A stretch of 64,000 bases of DNA from sequence record OR424388.1. One strand, written 5' to 3'. Within the stretch, counting starts at the first letter, position 1; each line of letters starts with the position of its first letter. This stretch comes from Escherichia phage HEMP5. Both the position numbers and the translations under genes were made by a program. Positions 18,193-27,725 of the stretch are shown one piece after another. The notes under the pieces were generated by a model that saw nothing but the letters and a program-made list of their open reading frames with translations, was not told the origin of the DNA and did no database searches.

Positions 18193-19208
18193 TGTGTTGC
18201 CTCTACATATAGCTGATTCGCATATTGAATAAGTGCTTCACGGTCAGAATCAGTGATGTCTGGAATTGCATTAATGTATTCTTCCATCAACGTCTGAAGA
18301 GATTGAACTTCAACTTCTTCACTTTCATCTGACTCGACAGAGTTATCAATTTTTGACACAACTCGTAATGAATGCACAACTTTTTCTAGTTCAGATTCGA
18401 ACTTCGTCAGATTTTTGTCTACCTCAGTTACTATAACACGTACTGATAGATTTGTAAAATCTTTATAGTCAATTTTTCCTTTAAATGGATAATGAATTCT
18501 ACGATGCCAGGTAGTATTGTTTGGAATAAATTCCATTCGTTCTGTTTCTGTATCAAACATCCAGAACCCACGAGGGTCATTCTCGTCACCTGCAGTTAGT
18601 GTCCATGGTGTCCCAATATATCTGACGTTAGCAGCCTCAGAGATAGTATGGAAGTGACCAGACCACACTTCCTTATAAGTCTTAAGGAAATCAGGTTCAA
18701 GACCGTGAGATTTCATTCCTTTATAAAAATAAAATCCGTTCAGTTCCCAGTGACCAACGCAAAAAGAAGCAGATGAAGTTTTGATGTGTTCAAGAATTTC
18801 ACCAGTATTTTCTTCACACATCCAAGGAATTAAATCAATTAAACATCCGTCAAAATCTACTGTAGTAGGCTTATCATATACTTTAACATTAGGATATTTA
18901 GCCAAAAGCTCAGTAGAGGCATTTGGAGTTAAAGTATTTTTAAAGTGCATATCATGGTTTCCTACAACAGTATGTAGGGTAATACCAGCATCATCAAGCA
19001 TTTGAACTATTTCACGAGCGAACTCCATAGTTTTATGCGTGATTGCTTTTCGCACATCAAAAATATCGCCGTATTGAATCCATGTAGTAATTCCATTTTT
19101 CTTAGAATATTCTATTGCTTGTTTAATTCCATCCAACTGAATGGATTGAACCCACTCATCATCGGCTTTAACGCCTAAATGCCAATCACCTAAATTTAAA
19201 ATTTTCAT
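18189..19208 (-). CDS. 47: recombination endonuclease subunit gp47 (Mre11/SbcD-like)
   Basis: 339 aa; calcineurin-like phosphoesterase motifs (GDWH, GNHD). Confidence 0.95.
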   Translation of the reverse strand: MKILNLGDWHLGVKADDEWVQSIQLDGIKQAIEYSKKNGITTWIQYGDIFDVRKAITHKTMEFAREIVQMLDDAGITLHTVVGNHDMHFKNTLTPNASTELLAKYPNVKVYDKPTTVDFDGCLIDLIPWMCEENTGEILEHIKTSSASFCVGHWELNGFYFYKGMKSHGLEPDFLKTYKEVWSGHFHTISEAANVRYIGTPWTLTAGDENDPRGFWMFDTETERMEFIPNNTTWHRRIHYPFKGKIDYKDFTNLSVRVIVTEVDKNLTKFESELEKVVHSLRVVSKIDNSVESDESEEVEVQSLQTLMEEYINAIPDITDSDREALIQYANQLYVEATQ

Positions 19209-19345
19209 ATATCAAGAACCGTCATTGAAATGCAAAATAAAATTATTGAAATAAACCCATCTGGAGTGCTAAAGAACCCAATCCAACATGCTCTAGTGAA
19301 TAGATAAAATGCAAGAAAAAGTATCACATATCCAAGAAATATCAT
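19205..19345 (-). CDS. small hydrophobic protein (46 aa)
   Basis: ATG with GGAG RBS; stop overlaps the gene 47 start (ATGA); MIFLGYVILFLAFYLFTRACWIGFFSTPDGFISIILFCISMTVLDI. Confidence 0.4.
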   Translation of the reverse strand: MIFLGYVILFLAFYLFTRACWIGFFSTPDGFISIILFCISMTVLDI

Positions 19346-19384
19346 TATATCAAACTCCGTATAAAGCTAAAGGGCCAAAGCCCT

Positions 19385-20587
19385 TTATTTTGTAATAATG
19401 TCAAACTGTTCTTTAAAGCAGAAGCTTGAATCTTGATGCTGATACAAAAATTCATAAGCTTTTTCGCGTTCGCGGTCATAAAGAGTTCGATCAGATGACA
19501 GTTCTTTAATACGTTCAAATGTTGATTCCATGTCATTTTCATCAAACCAAATGATACCGCTATCATGCGAGGTCAAAGGAGTATTATCAACACGGAATTT
19601 TAAATTTTCGCCAGTAGATTTCCAAAATACCGGAATTGTTCCACATGCACCAAGCTCGAGATGAGTATATTCTAAAGAACGTTGTAGATATTTTTTATCC
19701 AACTTACTCAACTGATAACCAAAACCGGATTTACTCATACGTTCAAGCATTTCGCTATTTACATAACGGTCAAGAATTTGCGTTGGCAAATTAGAAGCAA
19801 TTTTAATTTGGTCTACTTGATGAAGACGATAATACTCGTATGGAATTCCTTTTTCTTTAATAGGAATGAACGCTGGAGAACGTTCCAGACCTTCCATAAT
19901 AGTACTTAGTCCTGCAGGTTTAAGATGTTTTTCATGAAAATCAAACATCTGATAAAAACCTTTCCATGTGGTCGTACGACCAATCCAACGGTTGATATTC
20001 ATGTTAATTTCAGAAACATCTTTCCAGTAGGTTGACCGAACCTTCGCAATATCCATAGGAGGCTGAAAGTTATATACTGTCGGTGCTTCTTCAATATCAT
20101 CAAACAGAGAAACTGTTTCAGGATACCATTCTTTCATCAGAACTTTATTAAAATCACCATTATCAGAATGGCTAAAAATAACATCAGCTCGACGAACAGT
20201 TTCTTCTAATCCCAAATTTCGGCGCAAAGAAAGAGAAGAATGGTCATGTTGATAAACTACAACACGAACAGAAGGTTTAATGTTATCAATAATTTTTTTA
20301 TAGTTATTAATAGTGTCTTCTTCAACCGAAGTAGCAGGAACTGAATTGATAATTAGAATATCACAATCATTTACCAGCTTAAGTGTTTTATCATATTCTT
20401 TTGCCAATAAAACCGGAATTGAAAATGATTTATAATCATGCGCGCAATTACGAGTAAATGATTTATCTTTAGCATAAACCAAAGTTACTTCATGACCATT
20501 CTTAATAAACCAATCACGTTGCTCAAGAGAAAATTTAGTTACACCACAACCTTCAAGACCTCGAGCCATAAAAATACATACTTTCAT
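19385..20587 (-). CDS. a-gt: DNA alpha-glucosyltransferase
   Basis: 400 aa; near-identical to recalled T4 alpha-gt. Confidence 0.95.
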   Translation of the reverse strand: MKVCIFMARGLEGCGVTKFSLEQRDWFIKNGHEVTLVYAKDKSFTRNCAHDYKSFSIPVLLAKEYDKTLKLVNDCDILIINSVPATSVEEDTINNYKKIIDNIKPSVRVVVYQHDHSSLSLRRNLGLEETVRRADVIFSHSDNGDFNKVLMKEWYPETVSLFDDIEEAPTVYNFQPPMDIAKVRSTYWKDVSEINMNINRWIGRTTTWKGFYQMFDFHEKHLKPAGLSTIMEGLERSPAFIPIKEKGIPYEYYRLHQVDQIKIASNLPTQILDRYVNSEMLERMSKSGFGYQLSKLDKKYLQRSLEYTHLELGACGTIPVFWKSTGENLKFRVDNTPLTSHDSGIIWFDENDMESTFERIKELSSDRTLYDREREKAYEFLYQHQDSSFCFKEQFDIITK

Positions 20588-20653
20588 TTAATATCCTCTT
20601 TGTTTTGGTTTATTTTACCAAAAATTTATAAAGCAATATAGGAGCCGAAGCTC

Positions 20654-20827
20654 CTATCCACATAATACGCCATACAGAGGCTCGTTAGAACTTTTAAATT
20701 TTATGCGCTTATATTTTATAGTTCCTTCTGCTTTAGCTTTATCATGAGACTCTTTAAAGCGTCTCATCATTTCCTCTTTAGAGGAACGAATTTTATTATA
20801 ATCTATTTCAGAAGTCTGGGTGTTCAT
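20654..20827 (-). CDS. possible small basic protein (57 aa)
   Basis: Hand-translated ORF downstream of the next gene; weak RBS; overlaps a GGAGC-UUCG-GCUCC hairpin. Confidence 0.25.
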   Translation of the reverse strand: MNTQTSEIDYNKIRSSKEEMMRRFKESHDKAKAEGTIKYKRIKFKSSNEPLYGVLCG

Positions 20828-20830
20828 CTT

Positions 20831-21034
20831 TCATAACTGCCACCATTTTTTGACTTGATAAGAATCAACCCACACTTTCATATTAGGGTCTGCTCTTACA
20901 ATAGGAGGATTAACTTCTTTAATTGAACTATCATGGTATTCTTTTTCAGAAATTTTCACACAAAGATGACCATTCAAAGATTCAGTAAATCCTGCATTAA
21001 TTTTAAGACGCTTGAATTTTACGTGTGTAAGCAT
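20831..21034 (-). CDS. hypothetical protein
   Basis: 67 aa from ATG with GAGGA RBS (the six-frame ORF starts one codon upstream at TTG). Confidence 0.55.
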   Translation of the reverse strand: MLTHVKFKRLKINAGFTESLNGHLCVKISEKEYHDSSIKEVNPPIVRADPNMKVWVDSYQVKKWWQL

Positions 21035-21320
21035 CAATCATATCCTCAATTTGCGATCTAGTAGTCTTCCAAAGAATACTGATGAGTTCATCGTTATATG
21101 GCTGTTTTAGAATATCCCGACTTTTCTTGATAGCATATTCGTATTGAGCAAAATTATTGTTTTCAGCTGCAGTCTGAGCGTGCTTATAAAGACGATTCAG
21201 TTCGCGTTTGTTTTTAGACAATAACTTATTTGCTTTTCTTTCTGCTTCAAGACGGTTCTTTTCTTCAATAGAAGAAATAAGCTTTTCCACTTCATCATTA
21301 ATTTCGGGTTTATCAGTCAT
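21003..21320 (-). CDS. hypothetical protein (coiled-coil rich)
   Basis: 105-aa six-frame ORF with ATG start. Confidence 0.65.
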   Translation of the reverse strand: MTDKPEINDEVEKLISSIEEKNRLEAERKANKLLSKNKRELNRLYKHAQTAAENNNFAQYEYAIKKSRDILKQPYNDELISILWKTTRSQIEDMIDAYTRKIQAS

Positions 21321-21321
21321 A

Positions 21322-21540
21322 TTATTTCTCTAATATAAAATAAAAATCATCATCTGTTAAATGATACCTGTAATTTAATTCTACACCATTAGATTTAAAA
21401 GCGGTATCATACGGATTTTCTGGATCAATATCAATGTCAAGAGCTAAAACTTCCCTGAGATACATTTTAAGTAAATAGGGAATAGCTTCAACTTCAGGTA
21501 TTTCTTCCAAGAATCCGGAGAGGTTAATCGTTAGCCTCAT
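21322..21540 (-). CDS. hypothetical acidic protein
   Basis: 72 aa; start overlaps the gene 55 3' end. Confidence 0.6.
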
Positions 21541-22081
21541 ATAAAAAATCCAAACTAGGAGAATCGTCTACAACACTTTTCTTTTCAGCCCCCGGTGTTC
21601 TATAGGTTGATTCTTCGTAATGCGTCATTTTATCGTAGATGTCTTGAATAAAAGTTTCATCTACTAACGCAACCATATCGTCGTCACGACTGTCATAGAC
21701 ATTGTGAACGAAGTAACTATATTTCTTTGCAACTTCCTTACGTTCTTTTTTAATACGTTGGACGAATGCATTAAAACAAGCTTGAGTTATATATGCATGT
21801 GGGTTTTTATATTTCGTTTCATCAAAATTGTGAAGCCCCTTAATAGAAGCTTCTATACCATCTGCAATCATTTCTTGTTTCCAAGACTGGGTGTATCCTG
21901 AAAAGTTGAAACGCTTAGATAAGCCTTCTGCAATAAGCATAATGGCTAATCCGATAGTATCATTCTGACGAACTACTTTATTTGGGTCTTTATTATTTGC
22001 TAATTCTGTTTTCCAATCAATAATAGCTTGTAAAAGCTCTTTATTGTTTACGTAATTATATTTAGGCTTAGTTTCTGACAT
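21524..22081 (-). CDS. 55: late sigma factor gp55
   Basis: 185 aa from ATG ([18 protein letters not shown]...); matches recalled T4 gp55. Confidence 0.93.
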
Positions 22082-22159
22082 TTTCACCTCTTAGCTCAAT
22101 TCATAGATCTATTATATCATAATATTTGAAGATCTATCTTAAAGCATAGAGGATATCAG

Positions 22160-22429
22160 TTATCTAAGTAAACAGTATGCTTGGAATACTTTCTCCATCA
22201 TCTTTTTAAATTCATGAATATCTATATAATGACTAGTTAGATCAGCATGATATAAAAAGTCTAAAAACTTTTCATGTGTACTAACATATTCACTTTCATT
22301 TAATTCAGAAACATGGCTTTCCCAATATCCAACACCAGTCTTATTTGGGAAAAATGAAATTTTCATGTATTGGTCAACATAGAAAATGCCATAATTTTCA
22401 ATAGTAATAGAAATATTAATAAATTTCAT
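22160..22429 (-). CDS. hypothetical protein
   Basis: 89-aa six-frame ORF, ATG start, in the 55.x block. Confidence 0.6.
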   Translation of the reverse strand: MKFINISITIENYGIFYVDQYMKISFFPNKTGVGYWESHVSELNESEYVSTHEKFLDFLYHADLTSHYIDIHEFKKMMEKVFQAYCLLR

Positions 22430-22641
22430 ACATTCATCAACTTAGCCGCTCCAAGAGCTGCATCTAGTGAATCAAATTGGTCAACATATTCAATCAATTC
22501 GCCGTAATTGGCATATAACCACCATTGGCTAAATTCATACTCAAGGATGAATCCATTTCCTTCAATTTGAGTTAAACCATTGCCGTTTGTATTTACTTCA
22601 TATCCGGCAAGACGCAAATCGTTAATAAGAGCTTCGTTCAT
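22426..22641 (-). CDS. hypothetical protein
   Basis: 71 aa; ATG start overlapping the downstream gene. Confidence 0.6.
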   Translation of the reverse strand: MNEALINDLRLAGYEVNTNGNGLTQIEGNGFILEYEFSQWWLYANYGELIEYVDQFDSLDAALGAAKLMNV

Positions 22642-22643
22642 AA

Positions 22644-22970
22644 TTATACCTTAGTAATTTTCAGGTCTGCAAATTTTTTCTTGCGTTGATTTTTCATGCG
22701 ACGAATAGTTTTATCGGAAATTTCATGCTTTTGATAAGCTTTAGATTCTACACCAAAAGCTTTAACATCAAATTCTGACAAGATATATTGAACCAACAAT
22801 TCACGGACAGTATTGCGTCCAATCTTCTGATCATTCTGTTTCATCATTTGATGAAGCTCTTTTTCCCATTTATCCAAAATTTGAGGAGTTACAATATCGC
22901 CTTTTTCTAGCAAAGAAACTACTTTATCATATGCGTAAGAATTGATGGCGTTTTTAATTTGAATAGTCAT
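22644..22970 (-). CDS. hypothetical protein
   Basis: 108 aa; ATG start. Confidence 0.65.
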   Translation of the reverse strand: MTIQIKNAINSYAYDKVVSLLEKGDIVTPQILDKWEKELHQMMKQNDQKIGRNTVRELLVQYILSEFDVKAFGVESKAYQKHEISDKTIRRMKNQRKKKFADLKITKV

Positions 22971-23005
22971 ACATTATCCTCAATTGCGTTAAAATTTTAT
23001 TATCC

Positions 23006-23022
23006 AAAAAGGGCCGAAGCCC
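23006..23022 (-). terminator. terminator hairpin GGGC-UUCG-GCCC plus U5
   Basis: Immediately 3' of the stop of ORF 23023-23223 on the minus RNA. Confidence 0.55.
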
Positions 23023-23223
23023 TTAGCTAAACTTTTTGGCACCCTTCCAGCCTTCGTACATCATTGCGACTGACAATGACAAAGCTCCTTCGCATGCTGT
23101 GTACTTATTATTCCAGAACCAATTTAGAAAAACTTCGTCCTCAATACCATTGTGTTTCATGTTCTGGAAAAATTTGGCGCGTTCTTCACGAAGCTTTTGC
23201 GATAACATAGATTCAGGATTCAT
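23023..23223 (-). CDS. hypothetical protein
   Basis: 66 aa; ATG start. Confidence 0.6.
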   Translation of the reverse strand: MNPESMLSQKLREERAKFFQNMKHNGIEDEVFLNWFWNNKYTACEGALSLSVAMMYEGWKGAKKFS

Positions 23224-23355
23224 TTAAATTTCCCAATTACCATTTTCATCAATGAATTTAATCCAGTCATTTACTGACCACTTAGTTGTATCGCCTTTTG
23301 GAGTAACATTTAAAGTGTATAACCCCTGCTTAAAAAGCATTCGTTTGATATTCAT
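23224..23355 (-). CDS. small hypothetical protein
   Basis: 43 aa from internal ATG with GAGGA RBS; the six-frame ORF extends to 23439 via a TTG, so the start is uncertain. Confidence 0.4.
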   Translation of the reverse strand: MNIKRMLFKQGLYTLNVTPKGDTTKWSVNDWIKFIDENGNWEI

Positions 23356-23362
23356 ATTTTCC

Positions 23363-23656
23363 TCAGCTGTAACGATAACACTCGTTTGATTTGCGCTTAG
23401 CAACTCGTTGAGATGTATTATAATCAAAATCATCGTCAATGTAAACTGATTTTTTCAACTTTCTTACTTCACCACGCAGTTGACGATTCAATTCATTCTT
23501 AACCTCTGAATCAACACCTCGCATACGTCGCCATTTATCTGAACGAAAAATGTTTTCAACCATATCTTTATGACTTACCCCATCAGGAGCTTTACGCTTT
23601 CCGAAATAGTCATAATCACGAACTTTCAAGTCTTTACGACGATACGTTTTACCCAT
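23363..23656 (-). CDS. hypothetical highly basic protein
   Basis: 97 aa from ATG (MGKTYRRKDLKVRDYDYFGKRK...); start chosen by RBS. Confidence 0.55.
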   Translation of the reverse strand: MGKTYRRKDLKVRDYDYFGKRKAPDGVSHKDMVENIFRSDKWRRMRGVDSEVKNELNRQLRGEVRKLKKSVYIDDDFDYNTSQRVAKRKSNECYRYS

Positions 23657-23831
23657 GGAGTTTAATTTCCTTAGCAACTGAACTAAATACAGCACGATCA
23701 CAAATCATGTGTTTATGTAACTTAAGTATAAGATAATAAACATCATAACCATTTACGTAAGTAACACGAACAACATTACCATTAATAAAATAATATTGTC
23801 CCTTTTTAATTTCTTTATCAACCACAACCAT
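23649..23831 (-). CDS. hypothetical protein
   Basis: 60 aa; ATG with GAGGA RBS, directly downstream of an early promoter. Confidence 0.6.
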   Translation of the reverse strand: MVVVDKEIKKGQYYFINGNVVRVTYVNGYDVYYLILKLHKHMICDRAVFSSVAKEIKLHG

Positions 23832-23861
23832 ATCAATTCCTCAAAGGTAATTCATATGTTA

Positions 23862-23891
23862 ATAATACCACGGTTTGAACTTGTTGTAAAC
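23862..23891 (-). promoter_or_regulatory. T4-early-type promoter (-35 GTTTAC, 18-nt spacer, -10 TATTAT)
   Basis: Minus strand; about 30 nt upstream of the ATG at 23831. Confidence 0.55.
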
Positions 23892-23962
23892 AACTTTGTG
23901 AAAAATATTTTAGGGAATGACAAGAAGGGAACGATAGCTTAGAATGGTAATATACAGAATGT

Positions 23963-23985
23963 AAGAAAGAAAGGCCCAGAGGGCC
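23963..23985 (-). terminator. terminator hairpin (GGCCC-UCU-GGGCC plus U-rich tract) after nrdH
   Basis: 5-bp GC stem followed by UUUCUUUCUU on the minus RNA. Confidence 0.45.
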
Positions 23986-23989
23986 CGTC

Positions 23990-24361
23990 TTAGTCTTCTA
24001 TGATATCTCTATCATATCCAAGTGAAATGAGAGTTTCTTTGAAGTGTTTAATGTTCTTTTGTCTAGAATCATTGATGAAAATGACTGGATAACGAATGTT
24101 AAGAGATGTGAATCCAGCGCGTTTAGCAAGAGATACAATCAGTGGACGATCATACTCAATCTTACCATTATTTGTAAGAACTTTATAGAAAGTAAAAGGA
24201 GCATTAAGCTCCTTTAGAAGTTTTGTAACTGATTGACATCCAGGACAACGACCTACTTCATCTGGAATTCCATAGACTTCAATCTTATTCTTTAAGTTCG
24301 AGTTTTGTTCCACGAGAAATAATTCCTTGATAAGCCCAGTATGGCGGGTTAACAGAATCAT
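23990..24361 (-). CDS. nrdH: NrdH-like glutaredoxin
   Basis: CPGC redox motif in a thioredoxin-fold context (KIEVYGIPDEVGRCPGCQSV); start ambiguous (ATG at 24361 or GTG near 24313) because of overlap with the upstream ORF. Confidence 0.7.
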   Translation of the reverse strand: MILLTRHTGLIKELFLVEQNSNLKNKIEVYGIPDEVGRCPGCQSVTKLLKELNAPFTFYKVLTNNGKIEYDRPLIVSLAKRAGFTSLNIRYPVIFINDSRQKNIKHFKETLISLGYDRDIIED

Positions 24362-24596
24362 CGCCAGAATTTTCTTCAGGAAAATAAACCTGGATAACAA
24401 ATCCAGATGCATCAAAGGTAAAATAAACCGTAGGTAATTCACCTAACAATTCAGCGCGGTTATTAATTTCTTCAAGTTCTCGTTCTCGTCCAGCCCAAAA
24501 ACTAGGATTTAGACTACATTCATAGAAATAATAGTCATTACCGAACATATCAAAACCCTTCCAACTCTCTACCACATATCGCTCAAAACTAATCAT
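24285..24596 (-). CDS. hypothetical protein
   Basis: 103 aa; ATG start. Confidence 0.55.
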   Translation of the reverse strand: MISFERYVVESWKGFDMFGNDYYFYECSLNPSFWAGRERELEEINNRAELLGELPTVYFTFDASGFVIQVYFPEENSGDDSVNPPYWAYQGIISRGTKLELKE

Positions 24597-24598
24597 AA

Positions 24599-24814
24599 TT
24601 AGGCCTTTTTATCAAGAACAGCATTCAGTTTGTTAGTAATTTTATCCAGACGCTCATTGAACTCGCTAGAAGATAAGCCTTTTTCTGGAGAAATTAAGCT
24701 AATCACGAAAAATATAGCAATAAAAGGAATAAGAAAAATAGCACCAACTGCCATAAACAAAAAGAACGTTACAGTTGTAAGAAAATCAGCTAAACCTTTA
24801 CGAAATTTATACAT
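24599..24814 (-). CDS. small membrane protein
   Basis: 71 aa; one long hydrophobic segment. Confidence 0.6.
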   Translation of the reverse strand: MYKFRKGLADFLTTVTFFLFMAVGAIFLIPFIAIFFVISLISPEKGLSSSEFNERLDKITNKLNAVLDKKA

Positions 24815-24823
24815 ATTTTACCC

Positions 24824-24937
24824 TTAATTGATTAACCAAGCATTGATAAGCACTAAACTATATTGCGAATAAAATTCTGGACCAAAATGAAAAATCATAT
24901 CATTTATAGTATCCATAATGTAATTCAATTTAATCAT
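24824..24937 (-). CDS. possible small ORF (37 aa)
   Basis: ATG overlapping the nrdG stop; the six-frame ORF extends into nrdG out of frame. Confidence 0.2.
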   Translation of the reverse strand: MIKLNYIMDTINDMIFHFGPEFYSQYSLVLINAWLIN

Positions 24938-25400
24938 GTGTCCACACCCCATCGGTATTTGACCAAAGTCGCTGATTATCTGATCCTCGCCACAGCTTTT
25001 TGGTCGGAAGATTTTTCTCATACTTCCCATCAATAATAACATCAACATATTTAAGCATTTCTAGTTGTTTAATATCTTCAAACTTATATCCTGTCCACAA
25101 CCAAATGCTTTTATTGGGATAAAGATTTTTAATAGTTTGAACCACAGAGTGAATCACGTCTCTGTTATCAGGATAGAGAGGGTCACCTCCGGTTATAGTC
25201 AATCCTTCTATATAATCATTATTCAAACATTCAATTAATTGTTCTAGTGTTTCACCAGTGAATGGAACACCATTTCTAGCATTCCATGTTGATTTATTAT
25301 AACACCCTTCACATTTATGCAAACAACCTGTAACGAAAAGAACGGTCCTGCAGCCAGGACCATTAACAAAATCGCAAGGATAAAATCTATCATAATTCAT
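24930..25400 (-). CDS. nrdG: anaerobic ribonucleotide reductase activase NrdG (radical SAM)
   Basis: 156 aa; CxxxCxxC cluster motif (CLHKCEGC); ATGA overlap with nrdD. Confidence 0.95.
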   Translation of the reverse strand: MNYDRFYPCDFVNGPGCRTVLFVTGCLHKCEGCYNKSTWNARNGVPFTGETLEQLIECLNNDYIEGLTITGGDPLYPDNRDVIHSVVQTIKNLYPNKSIWLWTGYKFEDIKQLEMLKYVDVIIDGKYEKNLPTKKLWRGSDNQRLWSNTDGVWTHD

Positions 25401-27214
25401 TGGTGCTTAACCCTATGCATGATTTCTTTATTTTTGCCGAGATTAAATCCGCGTTCGTTCGGATTTCCCAAATAACCACATGTTCTTCTTATTGTGTTCA
25501 TCTTTTTAGGATCAGTTTCTCCACAAATAGAACAAACAAATCCGTTTTCAGTAGGAGTCATTTCATGGGTACTTCCACATGTAAAACATTTATCTACTGG
25601 CATATTAACACCAAAATAATCTAAATGTTGTGCAGCATAATCCCAGACAGCCTCAAGACCTTTTAGGTTATTTTTCATATCAGGAAGTTCAACATAAGAA
25701 ATGTGACCACCTGTCGCAATGAAATGATATGGGGCTTCGCGAGAAATCTTTTCAAACGGAGTAATATTTTCTTCTACTGAAACATGGAAACTGTTAGTGT
25801 ACCATCCTTTATCGGTAACATCTTTTACACTTCCATATTTTTCTGTATCAAGTTTACAGAAGCGATAACAAAGGTTTTCAGCAGGAGTCGAATACAAACT
25901 AAAAGCAAACCCAGTTCTTTCAGCCCACTGTTTAAGACGAGCATTCATTTTAGTTAAAATTTCTTGTCCAATATCACGACCGACAAGAATATTCAATTCA
26001 TGAATACCAATGTATCCTAAAGACACTGAACTTCTACCGTTTTTAAATAACTCAATTATGTCGTCATCAGGTTTAAGACGAACCCCGAATGCACCTTCTT
26101 GATAAAGAATAGGAGCAACAGTAGCTTTAACTCCTTTTAAGGAACTAATTCTACACATCAAAGCTTCAAAACATAAATCCATTCGCTCATTGAACAATTC
26201 GATAAATTTCTGTTCATTGAACTGTGTTCCAATATAAGAATCCAACGCAATACGAGGAAGATTCAGTGTTACAACACCAAGATTATTACGTCCATCAAGA
26301 ATTTCATTACCGGTTGAATCTTTCCACGCACTCAAGAAACTGCGGCAACCCATTGGAGAAACAGGAATAGATGAGCCGGTGATAGCTTTATTGTTCTTAG
26401 CTGAAATAATATCAGGATACATTCTTTTGCTTGCACACTCTAGAGCAAGCTGCTTAATATCATAGTTCGGATCGTCTTTATAAAGATTAACACCTTCTTC
26501 AACGAACATAACAAGCTTAGGGAAAATAGGAGTTATCCCATCACGACCGAGGCCTTTAATACGATTTTTCAGAATTGCTTTCTGAATCATTCGTTCAGTC
26601 CAGTCAGTTCCCGTACCAAATGTAATTGTTACAAAAGGAGTCTGTCCGTTTGAACTAAAGAGAGTATTTACTTCATATTCATAAGCTTGGAATGCATCGT
26701 ATACATCTTTTTCTGTTTTAGATTGAGCATAATTTAACGCATCAGCGATTTGCCATTTTTCTGCATCCTCAATATGTTTTGCATAGGTGCGTTTAACATA
26801 AGGAGAAAGTACTTTATCTACATTCGCAAAAGTCGTTCCGCCGTATTGGTGAGAAGCAACTTGCGCAGTAATTTGTGCCATAATTGCAGTAGCAACTCCA
26901 ATTGATTTAGGAGTTTCAATCTGTGCATTACCTAGCTTAAATCCGTTTTCAAGCATTCCTTTTAAATCTACTAAACAACAATTAGTAAATGGAAGAGCAG
27001 GGGAATAATCAATATCATGGAAATGAATAATTCCGCTTTCATGCGCTTTCATAATAAAAGACGGGACCATATTTTTGGCAATGTGTTTAGACACAATACC
27101 AGCCATAAGGTCCCGTTGAGTTGGAAAAACACGAGAATCTTTATTAGCATTCTCGTTTAAAAGGTCTTTATTAGTTTTATGAATCAATCCTTCAATTTCT
27201 TTTTCAATTGTCAT
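25397..27214 (-). CDS. nrdD: anaerobic ribonucleotide reductase NrdD (glycyl radical enzyme)
   Basis: 605 aa continuous ORF; C-terminal zinc ribbon and glycyl radical motif RRTCGYLG; no intron interrupts it. Confidence 0.97.
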   Translation of the reverse strand: MTIEKEIEGLIHKTNKDLLNENANKDSRVFPTQRDLMAGIVSKHIAKNMVPSFIMKAHESGIIHFHDIDYSPALPFTNCCLVDLKGMLENGFKLGNAQIETPKSIGVATAIMAQITAQVASHQYGGTTFANVDKVLSPYVKRTYAKHIEDAEKWQIADALNYAQSKTEKDVYDAFQAYEYEVNTLFSSNGQTPFVTITFGTGTDWTERMIQKAILKNRIKGLGRDGITPIFPKLVMFVEEGVNLYKDDPNYDIKQLALECASKRMYPDIISAKNNKAITGSSIPVSPMGCRSFLSAWKDSTGNEILDGRNNLGVVTLNLPRIALDSYIGTQFNEQKFIELFNERMDLCFEALMCRISSLKGVKATVAPILYQEGAFGVRLKPDDDIIELFKNGRSSVSLGYIGIHELNILVGRDIGQEILTKMNARLKQWAERTGFAFSLYSTPAENLCYRFCKLDTEKYGSVKDVTDKGWYTNSFHVSVEENITPFEKISREAPYHFIATGGHISYVELPDMKNNLKGLEAVWDYAAQHLDYFGVNMPVDKCFTCGSTHEMTPTENGFVCSICGETDPKKMNTIRRTCGYLGNPNERGFNLGKNKEIMHRVKHQ

Positions 27215-27684
27215 TTTAAACTCTTTCTAAGCTGCTTCTTAAATGAAGCTATTAATTGTGTTTTAGTGTCAGATTCATTATATTCAAATCCTCTTTGAAG
27301 CATCTCAGCCATCATTTCCTCTTTTCCTAAACGAGAAAATTCCTTTGATTTATCTCCAACAAAGTTAGGGTGAATATTATTTTGGGTGTAATCGGATTTT
27401 AAATAAGTAAGTAAATTTTCTAACCATTCAAGATAATCAACACCTTGCCCCTTTAAGCCAGAACGATTAAATTTATGTTTCATTTGACCTTCTGCGGCAT
27501 TGCAGAGATTACAAAGCAATCCACGTACCTTTCCTGCTTTTGGTCCATTTAATTCATGGTCATGATCAAGATGATTAGCTTGAACATCAGGATTTAGTTC
27601 TCGTTGGCAAATTAAGCATTTACCGTTTTGTGCATCATAAAATTTCTGTTTTTCTTCTTTGTATAATTTGCCAGTCAATAACAT
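27211..27684 (-). CDS. 49: endonuclease VII gp49 (Holliday junction resolvase)
   Basis: 157 aa; zinc-binding CxxC...CxxC and HNH-like core; matches recalled T4 gp49. Confidence 0.93.
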   Translation of the reverse strand: MLLTGKLYKEEKQKFYDAQNGKCLICQRELNPDVQANHLDHDHELNGPKAGKVRGLLCNLCNAAEGQMKHKFNRSGLKGQGVDYLEWLENLLTYLKSDYTQNNIHPNFVGDKSKEFSRLGKEEMMAEMLQRGFEYNESDTKTQLIASFKKQLRKSLK

Positions 27685-27725
27685 AATAAACCCTTACCTT
27701 AAATAGATAAGGGTATTTATTATTT

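Noticed and set aside
22088-22159. MotA-type middle promoter upstream of gene 55
   Set aside because: A TGCTTTA box is present but the best -10 candidate is 24 nt away; spacing is inconsistent, so not called.
25397-27214. Group I intron / intron-encoded endonuclease in nrdD
   Set aside because: nrdD is one uninterrupted ORF with intact zinc-ribbon and glycyl-radical motifs; no intron-like insertion.
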